Positions 1 to 8,611 of a stretch of 14,538 nucleotides of DNA are shown piece by piece. This DNA comes from Candidatus Thorarchaeota archaeon (GTDB lineage: Archaea; Asgardarchaeota; Thorarchaeia; Thorarchaeales; Thorarchaeaceae), in NCBI GenBank assembly GCA_046758445.1, contig JBHIAE010000065.1:1-14538 (forward strand). The letters are read 5' to 3'. Under the pieces are notes generated by a model that made no database searches, was not told the DNA's origin, and worked only from the letters and a program-made list of their open reading frames with translations. The position numbers and the translations under genes were made by a program. Within the stretch, counting starts at the first letter, position 1; every line of letters starts with the position of its first letter.

Positions 1-369
1 GACAAGATGAAGGTCAAAACTCTGCAGAGCAAAGATAGTCCCGCCGAAGTATACAGTTGCCTTTGTGATGTTGAATCCAGATGCAATCTCAGGACCTGTG
101 TTGGTCACGGTCACACGCACTGAGAACCCGAATGGTGGCCCCCCGGGCCCGATGATTGGCATGAAGTCCTGTGAGAAGTAGGCCGAGGCCTCAAACGTCA
201 GGTTGCTGACCACCACAGGATCGACAGTTCTTGAAGGGGGTGTCAAAGGAGGGGCGACCTGCCCGATAACCTCCCACTTGACCACCACTCTGATGAAGAG
301 GAATGCTATCACTATGGCTGCAAGAATGCCGAGTGCGAATTTGGTCCTGCGACCTATTGATAGATTCAC
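1..369 (-). CDS. Membrane-anchored/secreted hypothetical protein, 3'-truncated by window edge (not in ORF track)
   Basis: Manual translation from GTG at 369 is open to base 1: MNLSIGRRTKFALGILAAIVIAFLFIRVVVKW...YFSQDFMPIIGPGGPPFGFSVRVTVTNTG...; basic N-terminus plus hydrophobic helix; GAGGGG RBS-like sequence just upstream. Confidence 0.75.
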   Translation of the reverse strand, partial: MNLSIGRRTKFALGILAAIVIAFLFIRVVVKWEVIGQVAPPLTPPSRTVDPVVVSNLTFEASAYFSQDFMPIIGPGGPPFGFSVRVTVTNTGPEIASGFNITKATVYFGGTIFALQSFDLHLV

Positions 370-559
370 ATGGGCCCCTCTGTATGGGACCAATGCACCT
401 TTTGACCGATTAATGTGCTGGTCCTAGTATCATTGCCCGACTTCTTCTACGGGCACATATCGAAGCGAGGGGACTCCACATCGAAGAGAATGGTGATTTG
501 TTGTCAAGACGAGGAGGTGATAGCTTGGTCAACGGAGGCGGGACAAGAAGTGGTGGAGG

Positions 560-607
560 ATGTAAAGCCTTAAATGTAAAGTTCACCTTACGTAAAGTAG
601 ACTTTAC
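560..607 (+). promoter_or_regulatory. BRE/TATA-like promoter followed by two abutting 16-bp palindromic operators
   Basis: ATGTAAAGCCTTAAAT (560-575) resembles the tRNA promoter ATGAAAACCCTTAAAA; GTAAAGTTCACCTTAC (576-591, imperfect) and GTAAAGT-AG-ACTTTAC (592-607, perfect 7-bp arms) precede the HTH gene. Confidence 0.75.
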
Positions 608-619
608 ATCTCACTAAGC

Positions 620-865
620 GTGGTCCACATGATTGTCAATAGAATAAAGGAGATTCGAGAACGACGAATGGCGGAATCCGCCCATTCTGAGTTGTGGACT
701 CAGGAAGGTCTGGCACTTCGGTTGGGTGTCACCCGTCAGACCGTGATCTCAATGGAGAAGGGCACTTACAACCCCTCGCTTCTACTGGCGTTCAAACTGG
801 CCCGCACATTTGAGATGAGTATAGAGGAGATCTTCAACTACCGAGATGATGAGAATGAAACGTAA
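620..865 (+). CDS. XRE/Cro-C1 family helix-turn-helix transcriptional regulator (start may be ATG 629)
   Basis: NRIKEIR...TQEGLALRLGVTRQTVISMEKGTYNPSLLLAFKLARTF...IEEIF is a canonical HTH_3/XRE signature. Confidence 0.93.
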   Translation: MVHMIVNRIKEIRERRMAESAHSELWTQEGLALRLGVTRQTVISMEKGTYNPSLLLAFKLARTFEMSIEEIFNYRDDENET

Positions 866-1217
866 TCAAGCTGTACTCGTAGTCGCTGGAGCTCTGATTC
901 TTGCTTTGGGTTGGGTCTTCGACCCCTGGATTGTAGGGCCATGGGACACAATTCTCTTTGCAGTTCCACTGTCATTAGTTGGAACATTCTTGATCCTCCA
1001 GTTCATGGAGGAATATGAAGACGAGCGACTTGCGCATATTCGCAATATCTCAGCGCGCAATGGCTACTTGTTCGTGCTTCTTGCATTACCTCTCGTTTGG
1101 ACATCGACTCTGTTTCTACAGATATCTGCATTGACAACAGCCGGTCTCGTGTTTCTCGTGTGGTTTGCATCCTTGGGCGTTCTGTATCTCTCGGGAATCT
1201 ACTACTACAGGCGCTAG
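855..1217 (+). CDS. DUF2178-like 4-TM membrane protein (alternative starts 846/849)
   Basis: Four hydrophobic segments with a central DERxxxIxxxSARNGY motif; overlaps the end of the XRE gene, the usual pairing for this family. Confidence 0.75.
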   Translation: MKRNQAVLVVAGALILALGWVFDPWIVGPWDTILFAVPLSLVGTFLILQFMEEYEDERLAHIRNISARNGYLFVLLALPLVWTSTLFLQISALTTAGLVFLVWFASLGVLYLSGIYYYRR

Positions 1218-1222
1218 TGGTG

Positions 1223-1266
1223 AACCCCGTCCAGCATTAGCAGGTTGGGAGTCTAGCCACTACTTA
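1223..1266 (+). repeat. Degenerate, core-less copy of the repeat arm found after sites 6341 and 12785
   Basis: 34/44 ungapped identity to 12822-12865 (AACCCCGTCCAGCATTAGCAGGTTGGGAGTCTAGCCACTACTTA vs AACCCCGTTCAGCAATAGCGGACAGGGAGTCTGGCATCTACTCA). Confidence 0.75.
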
Positions 1267-1270
1267 CCGA

Positions 1271-1669
1271 CTAAGCACGTTGATTAACGGAGAGGCGTGT
1301 TACGATAGATCTTCTTCTGAGCATCGCCAAGAGAATCAACATGACACCACAGAGGAGAAACGCCACTCCTACGAGTGGAAAGACCCACCACTCTATCAGT
1401 TGGACGTTCAGAGCCAACTGTGTGTACATCAAAAGAACAGATCCAACACCGACTAGCACAGAACCCAAGAAGTTCAGGTTGGTGGCCTTGCTGTCCATCT
1501 GGTCATTTACGAAAAGGTCGCCTGCCATCACTATGATGAGGAAGATTCCGATTCCACCGACAATGAAGTTCCAAACGTAGTAGTCAGTACTCATCGTGGG
1601 GGTATACCCCGCCAGAAGAACCAGTACCAAGCCGATGAGCAGAAGTGCCTTGGAGTACTGTCTTTCCAT
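1271..1669 (-). CDS. Hypothetical 4-TM membrane protein
   Basis: ORF 1271..1717; start moved to ATG 1669 (MERQYSK) because GGTGAGG lies directly upstream; four hydrophobic helices and basic C-terminus. Confidence 0.75.
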   Translation of the reverse strand: MERQYSKALLLIGLVLVLLAGYTPTMSTDYYVWNFIVGGIGIFLIIVMAGDLFVNDQMDSKATNLNFLGSVLVGVGSVLLMYTQLALNVQLIEWWVFPLVGVAFLLCGVMLILLAMLRRRSIVTRLSVNQRA

Positions 1670-1764
1670 CCTCACCGCAACCAGTTCCTGAACCTGCTGA
1701 ACAATAAAAGAATGCATGTGTTTTTGAACACTACTGACAAACTCTTCCGTGGGGAGGTCTTTCG

Positions 1765-2060
1765 CTGCAGAAACGATATCCGTTCGCGGCGCTCGCCGTG
1801 CTATTTTCCACAGTTGTCACTCCGATTGCAGAGGTACAATGGAAGGATATGTTCATTTTGAGTGACCATGAGTTGTACTTCGTTTAGGGCACTTACAGTC
1901 TACAGAGAAACCGTATAGGGATTTACTGGTTAGGTGCAACGAACTACTACCCATCTCTGGGTCTTCTGAATCTGGTGGTTCTCTGGGCACTGTTTGGCGT
2001 TGTCCTGTCGGTCATTGTCCTTTGGTCGTCCAGGGTTAATTATCGGCCTGACCATCATGA
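1765..2060 (+). pseudogene. Probable decayed membrane-protein gene
   Basis: GGGGAGGT RBS (1751-1758) then CTG-CAG-AAA-CGA; frame reads LQKRYPFAALAVLFSTVVTPIAEVQW...YFV*GTYSL...LGLLNLVVLWALFGVVLSVIVLWSSR with TAG at 1885-1887; 3' boundary approximate. Confidence 0.4.
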
Positions 2061-2067
2061 CTACCTT

Positions 2068-2457
2068 TCAAATCTCATCCTCCTTAGGCTCAGGCTGTCT
2101 AATGATCCTCAAGATTATCACGAATGAGATGATTAGTAGGATTAGTTGAGCGGGGATGAAGAACACAAAGACATAGACAACGAACTGGAACGGCGAAAGC
2201 GCAAACAGATACGTTACGACCGGGTAGGAGAAGATGACTACAAGCTCCAAGACAAGCACTGGCCTTCCAAATCGACGATACCAACCTCCACTCGCCAAGT
2301 CTCTCTTATGAATTGAAGCAAGCAATTTGCCAGCTGCACCTGTGCGCGCCTGCTGAAACCATAGGAGTCCCTTGAAGTACAAGACTGCTATCACAATGAT
2401 TGTGAAACCCAGAGTCAGCAGTACAAGCGTGAGCGGGTCCTAGGCATTTGCCCGCAT
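2068..2457 (-). pseudogene. 3-TM membrane protein with premature TAG at codon 6 (or shorter CDS from GTG 2394)
   Basis: GGTGAA RBS then ATG 2457: MRANA*DPLTLVLLTLGFTIIVIAVLYFKG..., in frame with ORF 2068..2394; the stop at 2440-2442 lies just before the first TM helix, which the GTG 2394 start would truncate. Confidence 0.6.
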
Positions 2458-2870
2458 AACTTCACCAATTCCTTAGTTGTCAATTTACGCAATATACATT
2501 TCCAAATCGATACTGTTCATGAATTCGCAATCTTACAAATGGTAGATACTACAAGTTGTGGACCACTGTCACTGTTGTGGTTGCACCGGATGCACTGAAG
2601 GTCTATCAAGAGATTGCGGCATGAGTACAAGGGCAAATGTGTGGACTCTCGTACGAAACACGCAGAAGAACGAAGTGACTGTGTATCGTATTGTAGCCTC
2701 TCCTCCCCAAGCCCTTACTCATGCATCTTAGACAAGCTGCCAACTTGTCCAGTGGATGAACTTGCTGTTTATTTCTGAAGCTCCTCTTACGATTGGACGA
2801 AAGAGAGAAGTGGAGTCGAGTCGATTGCATAGTGAGAGTCTTGTCCTAATCACTATGAGAAGCTGATTCC

Positions 2871-3563
2871 ATGGACATCCGAATGCGCAGGGCAAGTAGA
2901 TTGCTTGCTTTGACAGCAGTGATAGTGTTCGTCACAGCATTGTCATCTTACTGGCTGACTGGTCCGCCCGTTCTTCACTCCTGGGAGAAGGAGGGCTCAA
3001 TACTGTTTTCTGACACTGGAACCGAGGTCAGTCTGCCCTGGGTTTCCAATCTCACACTCGAGGCTGAACGGGACCCATCGACAAACGACACGCAAGTAAT
3101 GGCGATCATAGATGGAGAGATAAGAGCGACTCTAAGGGATGCAGAGCTCTCCTTTGAGATGGAGTCCTTCTATTTCACGCCCAACTCTCACTACTCTGTC
3201 AACGAAACAAAACTAGTCATGCTGATTTCAGAAGACTCAGTTGTGGGCTGGAACCAGTCGTTCTACGAGCATTCCAGCCCCTACATGTTCTTCTATACTC
3301 TCAACAGAACACGCCCTGTCAATTCCAGTGTTCCCACAACATACACCCTTCGAATGATCTGGAACTCAACCTTGACGTTCATACCTGAAACTAGCACCAG
3401 CAGCGAGTTTGAAGTGACTCTTACCCTCTCAATTCGCTTCACTCAGATTGCAATGGGAGTAGACCCAACCGTCTTCAGGTATATTGTTGCGGTCGAGATA
3501 TCTCTGGGCATAGTGTCAGCAGCCTTTCTCTATTCTAGAAATAAACTTGTAATCGTTGAATAG
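2871..3563 (+). CDS. Hypothetical membrane-anchored extracellular protein
   Basis: 230 aa; N-terminal signal/TM, beta-rich middle with several N-x-S/T sequons, C-terminal TM helix. Confidence 0.8.
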   Translation: MDIRMRRASRLLALTAVIVFVTALSSYWLTGPPVLHSWEKEGSILFSDTGTEVSLPWVSNLTLEAERDPSTNDTQVMAIIDGEIRATLRDAELSFEMESFYFTPNSHYSVNETKLVMLISEDSVVGWNQSFYEHSSPYMFFYTLNRTRPVNSSVPTTYTLRMIWNSTLTFIPETSTSSEFEVTLTLSIRFTQIAMGVDPTVFRYIVAVEISLGIVSAAFLYSRNKLVIVE

Positions 3564-3761
3564 CGCCAGCCGAACCCATTTGAGTCGCCATTCTTCTGCT
3601 ATTCTTCTTCCAAGGCTCAAATACAATCCCTTGTGACTATACCTTCTCCGGACTCATATTTGTTAGCGAAGATTTCAATCTAGGAGGTATTATAATCAAG
3701 TTATACAGCCCCCAAGAACAGATTTTAGGAAGCTTCTCCTGGTCGTTTTGGGCGAATTGGA

Positions 3762-6302
3762 ATGGGGGTTCGTAATCTCTCTATGTGCCTAGCTCTCCTG
3801 GGCATTCTAGTTCTAACTCTAGCTACTGGAACAATGCAATCGACTGCCTACGTAGTTGATGAAACCCACGGGGCAGCCACTTCTTCTCAGGTGACCCGCG
3901 ACTTGGAGTTCACTCTCGGAAAGGGCTTTCAGGCCTCAAACTACGTTGATAAGCCAGATTTGGCCGACCGGTCCGCCGCGGACGTCACTGGCAGTATAGG
4001 AAGCTTCCTGCCGAGTGGTCTGCAAAGAGTGACTACAGTCGACATCTACTACACCTATGTTACTCTATCAATCTCACAGATTCATGTTATTGAGGATAGG
4101 GATTTTGGTGCTGGTGAGGTCTATCTTGAGGTCATATTCAATGATTATGAGCATGACATCTTTGACAACGGCGGGAGCTACTACGTTGTCAACGATGGGG
4201 ACTATGTGACAACATCCATCTCTGTGTCTTCTGAACAGTATTCCATCGACGGGTGGTTCATAGTGGAGATAATCGGTTGGGAGGATGATGCAGACGCAGA
4301 CCAGATAGATGACTACATGGGGGGCGAGTACTTTTCGGTCGACCTGAGTGGGCTTACATCTGTAGGATATGAGGGCTGGTACGTGTTGAACGACTATCCA
4401 CCAGTCGGAGGAAACAATGCTGAGCAGATAGAGGTGTATCTCGACCTTGACTTCACGATGGTCGATAGTCTGACATATCCAGACGACTTCATGTCACCAA
4501 GTGGAGATGGGTCTTATCTTATCTCAGCAATCTATCAACCCAAGATTCACTATGATGTGACAGATGGTGGCAACAATCCTGGAATCAGTGTGATTTTCCA
4601 ACAGGTATTTCGAGGTTATGACCCAGCCATAGGAGCTGATGCATACCTGATCTACTACATGTTATACTATGAACAGGAGAGAGACAACTTCGGTCTAAAC
4701 TTCGGTCACTACTATGACTTCGAACCACTACTTCTCTACGTCCAGTCTTTGGGCTCCGTGCCTTATCGGATTGTGTTTAGAAATGTAGGAACGCACACTC
4801 TACCCCCAAAGCTAATCATCCAAGACTACTACGCACCTACAGTATCTGGTTCGACCAATGTGTCGGTCACAACTGAACTATGCCCGCTTCTAGGTGACCA
4901 TGCCATGGTGGACTACGAGGTCAAAGACAACTATTGGTCGACATCTAGTTTCCAGCACAAGTCCGAAACCGGGCTCAGTCCATTCATGAATGTGCCAATT
5001 CTCACTGTGACAAACACCTATCACCAGATGGAGCTAGGAGTCCCGCTCACAGTGACGGTAGACTCTGGACTCAACTGGATGGCTCTTCAGCCCATGTCTG
5101 ACTCTGTGATAGAATGGGGCTACAACCTGCTGGACGAGGCATTTGCCAGTCCAGTCAATGTCTACGAGGGTGTGACTCTCTGGAATGGTGGCGACTACAA
5201 GGTACCAGAGAACATGTCATTGACTTTTGACATGCTGCGCAATCCGTTCCTGTTCCCCTATGTGGTGGACTGCTACGAGGAGGTGGTACACTACACCGAG
5301 AGCGCACAAGACTACAAGGAGAATGGTTTCTACTACGATATAGACCTCCTACTTGAGTTTAGAGTTCCAGCCACTGTGACGTTTGAAATACCGACGACTG
5401 TGTATGTGGGTCAGACCTACGATGTGACAATCGATCTTCAGCTTGATCCCAACGACATTACTGTGGCATTCAGCTATGATGTGATGCTGGGTTACGTCCT
5501 GCATTGGTGGTTCATAGGGGTCGAGGAAGACTCTACGTACTCGGGGGATTACAAGTTCAAGCTGGCATTGAGCGATTTCGCGGACACTCTCCAGTCACTC
5601 GGATTCGGTCCAGAGAGTGTAGTTGGAGCGCAGTTTAACAACTGGTTCACAGTCACTGGCTTCTCTACAAGCACTGACCTGCTGGGAACACTGCTTGACG
5701 CGACTGTGGAGGTACACTTGCTTGAAGTACTGAGCACCATAATGGGACCAACAAGCGTTGGGTGGCTAGTTGGTCTGATTGAGGTATTCCTAGACAGTGT
5801 GAACCTCGTTGTGTCACCTGAGGTCAGCGGCAGTGTCACAACAGGGATTGAAGCCATGAACTCAGCGATTGTTCTAGACACTGACACCCTGACCTTTCAG
5901 GAGGGCAACACCAGACAGACAGTCCAGATGACGGTGGTCGGTGGGCATACTTCCACAGGCATCTCGTTGTCCAACGTGCAGTACCATGTATTGTTCGCCA
6001 CTGACTGGGGCATAGACTTCGACTTCACAGACACCATGAACTACTTCGTTTCCGACTTCTCTGTGTTCTTGGGGACATTCCCCGAGATCACAATTTCTAG
6101 CGACGACCATTCAATAGGAGCGAGTCTTGCGACCGGGTACACAGAGGCACTCACTATGAGCGTGACAAGTGCGCCTACGACGACCACTTCGGGAGTCACA
6201 GGACCCGGTGATGTACTGGGTTCCTTGCTTCTACCGTTGGGCCTGGGCGGGGTTGTCATTGTGGCGCTCGTAGTGGTAATGTTGAGAAGAAGACAAGGGT
6301 AG
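3762..6302 (+). CDS. Large secreted, C-terminally anchored cell-surface protein (putative C2-like and NPP1/Vps62-like domains)
   Basis: 846 aa; signal peptide; acidic; Thr-rich linker (TSAPTTTTSG), TM helix and RRRQG tail; domain calls are from motif resemblance only. Confidence 0.88.
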   Translation: MGVRNLSMCLALLGILVLTLATGTMQSTAYVVDETHGAATSSQVTRDLEFTLGKGFQASNYVDKPDLADRSAADVTGSIGSFLPSGLQRVTTVDIYYTYVTLSISQIHVIEDRDFGAGEVYLEVIFNDYEHDIFDNGGSYYVVNDGDYVTTSISVSSEQYSIDGWFIVEIIGWEDDADADQIDDYMGGEYFSVDLSGLTSVGYEGWYVLNDYPPVGGNNAEQIEVYLDLDFTMVDSLTYPDDFMSPSGDGSYLISAIYQPKIHYDVTDGGNNPGISVIFQQVFRGYDPAIGADAYLIYYMLYYEQERDNFGLNFGHYYDFEPLLLYVQSLGSVPYRIVFRNVGTHTLPPKLIIQDYYAPTVSGSTNVSVTTELCPLLGDHAMVDYEVKDNYWSTSSFQHKSETGLSPFMNVPILTVTNTYHQMELGVPLTVTVDSGLNWMALQPMSDSVIEWGYNLLDEAFASPVNVYEGVTLWNGGDYKVPENMSLTFDMLRNPFLFPYVVDCYEEVVHYTESAQDYKENGFYYDIDLLLEFRVPATVTFEIPTTVYVGQTYDVTIDLQLDPNDITVAFSYDVMLGYVLHWWFIGVEEDSTYSGDYKFKLALSDFADTLQSLGFGPESVVGAQFNNWFTVTGFSTSTDLLGTLLDATVEVHLLEVLSTIMGPTSVGWLVGLIEVFLDSVNLVVSPEVSGSVTTGIEAMNSAIVLDTDTLTFQEGNTRQTVQMTVVGGHTSTGISLSNVQYHVLFATDWGIDFDFTDTMNYFVSDFSVFLGTFPEITISSDDHSIGASLATGYTEALTMSVTSAPTTTTSGVTGPGDVLGSLLLPLGLGGVVIVALVVVMLRRRQG

Positions 6303-6340
6303 GAAACATGTACAAACTTCCTCATCGGCACTTACTTAAT

Positions 6341-6442
6341 CGAGTTCTATGAAAACCCTTGAAAACCGCAAGTACGCAGACCCCTTCAGCAATAGCGGGC
6401 TGGGGAGGCCACTACTCATTGCGTAACCACGGCAGTCAATGT
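6341..6442 (+). repeat. 28-bp dif-like site (6341-6368) plus conserved downstream arm
   Basis: CGAGTTCTATG-AAAACC-CTTGAAAACCG; first 20 bp identical to 12785 and 14434; 6394-6411 is 16/18 identical to the tRNA 5' end; 6412-6442 is 24/31 identical to 12859-12889. Confidence 0.9.
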
Positions 6443-6837
6443 GGCTGGGTTAGTCATTCTGTCACAGTTCTTTCCAGCTCAATTGCTGCCTGCAGCACAG
6501 TTGACACTGCAAGTAGTTCCCGTCATTGGTCCCCTTGTTTTCGCAACAACATATGTGAACACTGATCGACCAAAACCTCTGGTGATAATCTAGCAGACCT
6601 CAGCAAGCAAGCCATCTGCGAGTCCGAGCTTGGATGAAATGATTCTTATATTAGAAGAACTTTTCATGTGAAACAACCTAGGGGGCGGTTTCGAAACTCA
6701 AAGTGCATGTAGAGCAAGGACATCGTGTCGGAGAGAAGGACCTCACTGGTCTACATTCTCAGCGAAGACACAGGTACACGTGAATGTTCGGATCAGATAC
6801 CTAACCGTACCTCTAGTGTGAAATAGGAGGGTGAAGT

Positions 6838-7362
6838 ATGAGTGGAGATGACGATGGGGCAGAAGCCCGCGTGTCAATTATCAATGCTGTGAAGAGTCCA
6901 CTGGGGTTCTTCACGCTAGTTATACTCGTTCTAGAGAGTTTCCTTGTGGCCGCATCGGCGGCAACACAACAGATTCCTATGTGGATGCCCTTTGCCATCA
7001 TGACGTTGCTCATAGTCTGTGTAGTTGTGTTAGCGTGGGTCAGGCCTGAATTAGTGGGTGCCCCACAACCTGAGAGGCATGTCACCATGAGATTCCCAGA
7101 TGGCTATCAGATTGACTTCGACGATGACAGTGGTGAAATGGTTGTTAGGCCCAAACGTGGCTTGGGCACAAGGACTGTCTTCACGCCATCATGTAACGAA
7201 GAGGGCAGTTGGTTCCATACACTACCTCATCATGTGGGCTCCGACGATCAAATCAGAATAACTGTCAATGACACTCAAGCACGAAAGTGGAGGACAACAC
7301 CATTCATCCCTCGCTCAATTACAAGAGAGATGAATCTGGTTGTAGAGGGTGGAGGTGCATAG
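6838..7362 (+). CDS. 2-TM membrane protein with soluble beta-rich C-terminal domain
   Basis: 174 aa; GGAGGGTGA RBS; IINAVKSPLGFFTLVILVLESFL...WMPFAIMTLLIVCVVVLAW helices; operon with pYEATS gene. Confidence 0.85.
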   Translation: MSGDDDGAEARVSIINAVKSPLGFFTLVILVLESFLVAASAATQQIPMWMPFAIMTLLIVCVVVLAWVRPELVGAPQPERHVTMRFPDGYQIDFDDDSGEMVVRPKRGLGTRTVFTPSCNEEGSWFHTLPHHVGSDDQIRITVNDTQARKWRTTPFIPRSITREMNLVVEGGGA

Positions 7363-7365
7363 ACG

Positions 7366-7683
7366 ATGAGCCTTGAGAAGCTTGAATTCAAGTTCAATAA
7401 CACGTCTGAGCAAGTCGAGTCCCGCAAAATCCGAGGAGAAGAATACAAGTGGTTCAACTGGGAGGTCTTCATGGAAGAGCCTGAAGAGAAGCTAAAGCTA
7501 GTGGAATCAGTTGAGTATCGACTTCACGAAACATTTCCCAATCCAATTCGGACCATATATGACTCGAGCACCAAGTTCGCTCTCAAATCCTCTGGGTGGG
7601 GAGTGTTCAGAATCTTCATCACAGTCTATCTCAAAGATGGGAGAGAGGTGGAAGCCAGTCACTATCTGAAGCTGTATGGATAG
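7366..7683 (+). CDS. Prokaryotic YEATS (pYEATS) domain protein
   Basis: FNWEVFM...VESVEYRLHETFPNPIRTI....KFALKSSGWGVFRIFITVYLKDG matches YEATS hallmarks (VxYxLHxTFxNP, FxLxxxGWGxF); GGAGGTG RBS. Confidence 0.92.
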   Translation: MSLEKLEFKFNNTSEQVESRKIRGEEYKWFNWEVFMEEPEEKLKLVESVEYRLHETFPNPIRTIYDSSTKFALKSSGWGVFRIFITVYLKDGREVEASHYLKLYG

Positions 7684-7749
7684 CGGCTTACCGTAGACGC
7701 AAAGGCCGTAGATACTACAACTACGGTGACTACGACTATCACGACGACT

Positions 7750-8473
7750 GGTCAGAGAGCAATAGGCTGCAGAGTTACACGGTCGGAAGTGTTCTGGCGA
7801 GCTGTTTCAGTTTGAAGACATCGAGAAGAGAGGAGAAGGAAGTAAGGCCGAGTATCGAGTCTCCTATGAGTTGTACAAGGAGTACAGAGAGTTCTTCGAG
7901 AGTGAAAAGGTGGAGTCGTAGCCCAAACTCGTCCGCATCACTGAGGCTGAGCAGAAGGACCTAGTTGGCTGGATAGGTCAGTGGAAAGACAGTCAGAACC
8001 TGGATATCCTGCCCCATCTGGAGCACTTCTTCTTGAAGGGCGGGAGTCTGACGAACTTCTCTGAGCAGCTCATTCTTCGGTCCAAGAAGGAGGTCCTGGT
8101 CGTGAACCCCTTCGTAGACCAATGTGAACTGAGCGACTCCCTGTGGAAGACAGTGGAGGAAGGAAAGGATGTTATCCTCATTGCGAGGTCACCCGAGGAA
8201 GAGAAGGACCAGAAGCATCGAACTCGTAACGAGAAACAGCACAAGGTCCTGAGAGAGCGGGGTGCGAGAGTCGCTTACGACCAGAGGGGTCATGCGAAGT
8301 TGATTGTCGTTGAAAAGGCTGTGGCGGTTGTTTCTTCCATGAACCTCACCGGGCTTTCCACCGGAGAATCATCGTGGGAGGCTGGGCTGGTGACAAAGGA
8401 GGACACTGTTGTTGAGTCGATAGTCGACTCTATCTATGGACTGCTTGAGAGGCCAGATTCTGAGGCGCAGTGA
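7750..8473 (+). pseudogene. Decayed phospholipase D (HKD) nuclease-like domain gene
   Basis: Frame of ORF 8033..8473 extends upstream (ELFQFEDIEK...YRVSYELYKEYREFF) through an in-frame TAG at 7919-7921, with a likely frameshift near 7797; motif HAKLIVVE...SSMN (HxKxxxxD with D>E); no clear start, so the 5' boundary is approximate. Confidence 0.7.
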
Positions 8474-8549
8474 AGGCTCTTAGTCTGGAATGAAGGGGAT
8501 TGATTCGAGATGATTGAGCGTTCTCTTATTGGACTGGTTGTGGCAGCTG

Positions 8550-8569
8550 TCGAGGATCCGTTTCCTCGA
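8550..8569. other. Small hairpin between convergent genes
   Basis: TCGAGGA-TCCGTT-TCCTCGA, perfect 7-bp stem. Confidence 0.35.
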
Positions 8570-8611
8570 ATAGTGTGAGCGATGTGTTTTGCGTGTTGCG
8601 AGGCCACGCGC

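Noticed and set aside
560-575. Additional copy of the 28-bp site (ATGTAAAGCCTTAAA)
   Set aside because: Only the BRE/TATA part matches; the CGAGTTCT arm and dyad symmetry are missing, so it is better read as a generic promoter.
2606-2866. Short ORFs (2606..2830 minus; ATG 2621 plus frame with TAG at 2729)
   Set aside because: No recognisable motif, RBS or protein-like composition.
6394-6470. Second complete tRNA gene
   Set aside because: Similarity stops after about 18 nt; there is no anticodon arm or T-arm.
6634-6700. Imperfect palindromes (ATGAAA..TTCT..AGAA..TTTCAT; GTTTCGAAAC)
   Set aside because: Short, single-copy and compatible with chance; no link to the 28-bp site.
1885-7921. Amber (pyrrolysine) recoding explaining in-frame TAGs at 1885, 2440, 7360 and 7919
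   Set aside because: TAG is the most common true stop here and falls at natural protein ends (RRRQG*, EGRVF*, both R-M genes); no pyl genes are in the window; the PLD relic also appears frameshifted.
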